From contig JAVRCV020000079.1 of NCBI GenBank assembly GCA_034530615.2, positions 32,001-96,000 on the forward strand: DNA of 64,000 nt, read 5' to 3'. A program made the position numbers and the translations under genes. Origin of the DNA: Aulosira sp. ZfuVER01 (GTDB lineage Bacteria; Cyanobacteriota; Cyanobacteriia; Cyanobacteriales; Nostocaceae). The number at the start of each line of letters is the position of its first letter. Position 1 is the stretch's first letter. The notes beneath the pieces were generated by a model that made no database searches, was not told the origin of the DNA, and worked only from the letters and a program-made list of their open reading frames with translations. Of this stretch, positions 63,753 to 64,000 are shown in pieces.

Positions 63753-64000
63753 ATTTCTATCGAGAATTAATTCAAAGATTACTGACAGCACGGGCAAAGT
63801 TTCGCTCCGCAACCGATCCAGTAGAAAGTCAAACCATTTTTGATAAGACACAAGATCGCTATCAGCTTGTGCATGTAGGATGGAAAGATAACAATACGCG
63901 AATTTACGGCTGTGTGCTGCATTTAGACATCAAAGATGGGAAAATTTGGGTGCAGCATGATGGAACCGAGGATGCGATTGCGGATCAACTTGTAAGAGAG
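63740..64000 (+). CDS. xisI: XisI family protein (runs off the window edge)
   Basis: Manual translation MDKLNFYRELIQRLL...DRYQLVHVGW...YGCVLHLDIKDGKIWVQHDGTEDAIADQLV. Confidence 0.92.
   Translation, partial: MDKLNFYRELIQRLLTARAKFRSATDPVESQTIFDKTQDRYQLVHVGWKDNNTRIYGCVLHLDIKDGKIWVQHDGTEDAIADQLVRE

Noticed and set aside
63336..64000. fdxN excision element
   Set aside because: xisH/xisI pairs are multicopy in cyanobacteria; no xisF recombinase or fdxN is visible

Overview
Chromosomal window from a heterocyst-forming cyanobacterium (Nostocales-like): abundant HIP1 GCGATCGC, STRR heptamer/nonamer repeats, xisH/xisI. It holds a light-signalling region (aphA/cph1-rcp1-hybrid kinase, then a red/green cyanobacteriochrome kinase) split by a complete IS4-family element, and housekeeping genes (spsA, metH, pyrH-frr, aspS, hisC). 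Accessory content includes a two-gene graspetide RiPP locus (ATP-grasp ligase plus a plesiocin-like TTxxxxEE multicore precursor), pirA with an NtcA box, and a P450/FadL region. There is also a polyol uptake and catabolism cluster (SmoEFGK-like ABC, mannitol DH, xylitol-type DH, SorC regulator, xylB) with a visible tandem operator, a single-domain globin, a GC-rich gene behind an attC-like half-site, several gene remnants, and three copies of a 105-bp MITE each inserted at a REP head. No rRNA, tRNA or CRISPR array was seen. All assignments come from motif recognition and recalled family features; no searches were run.
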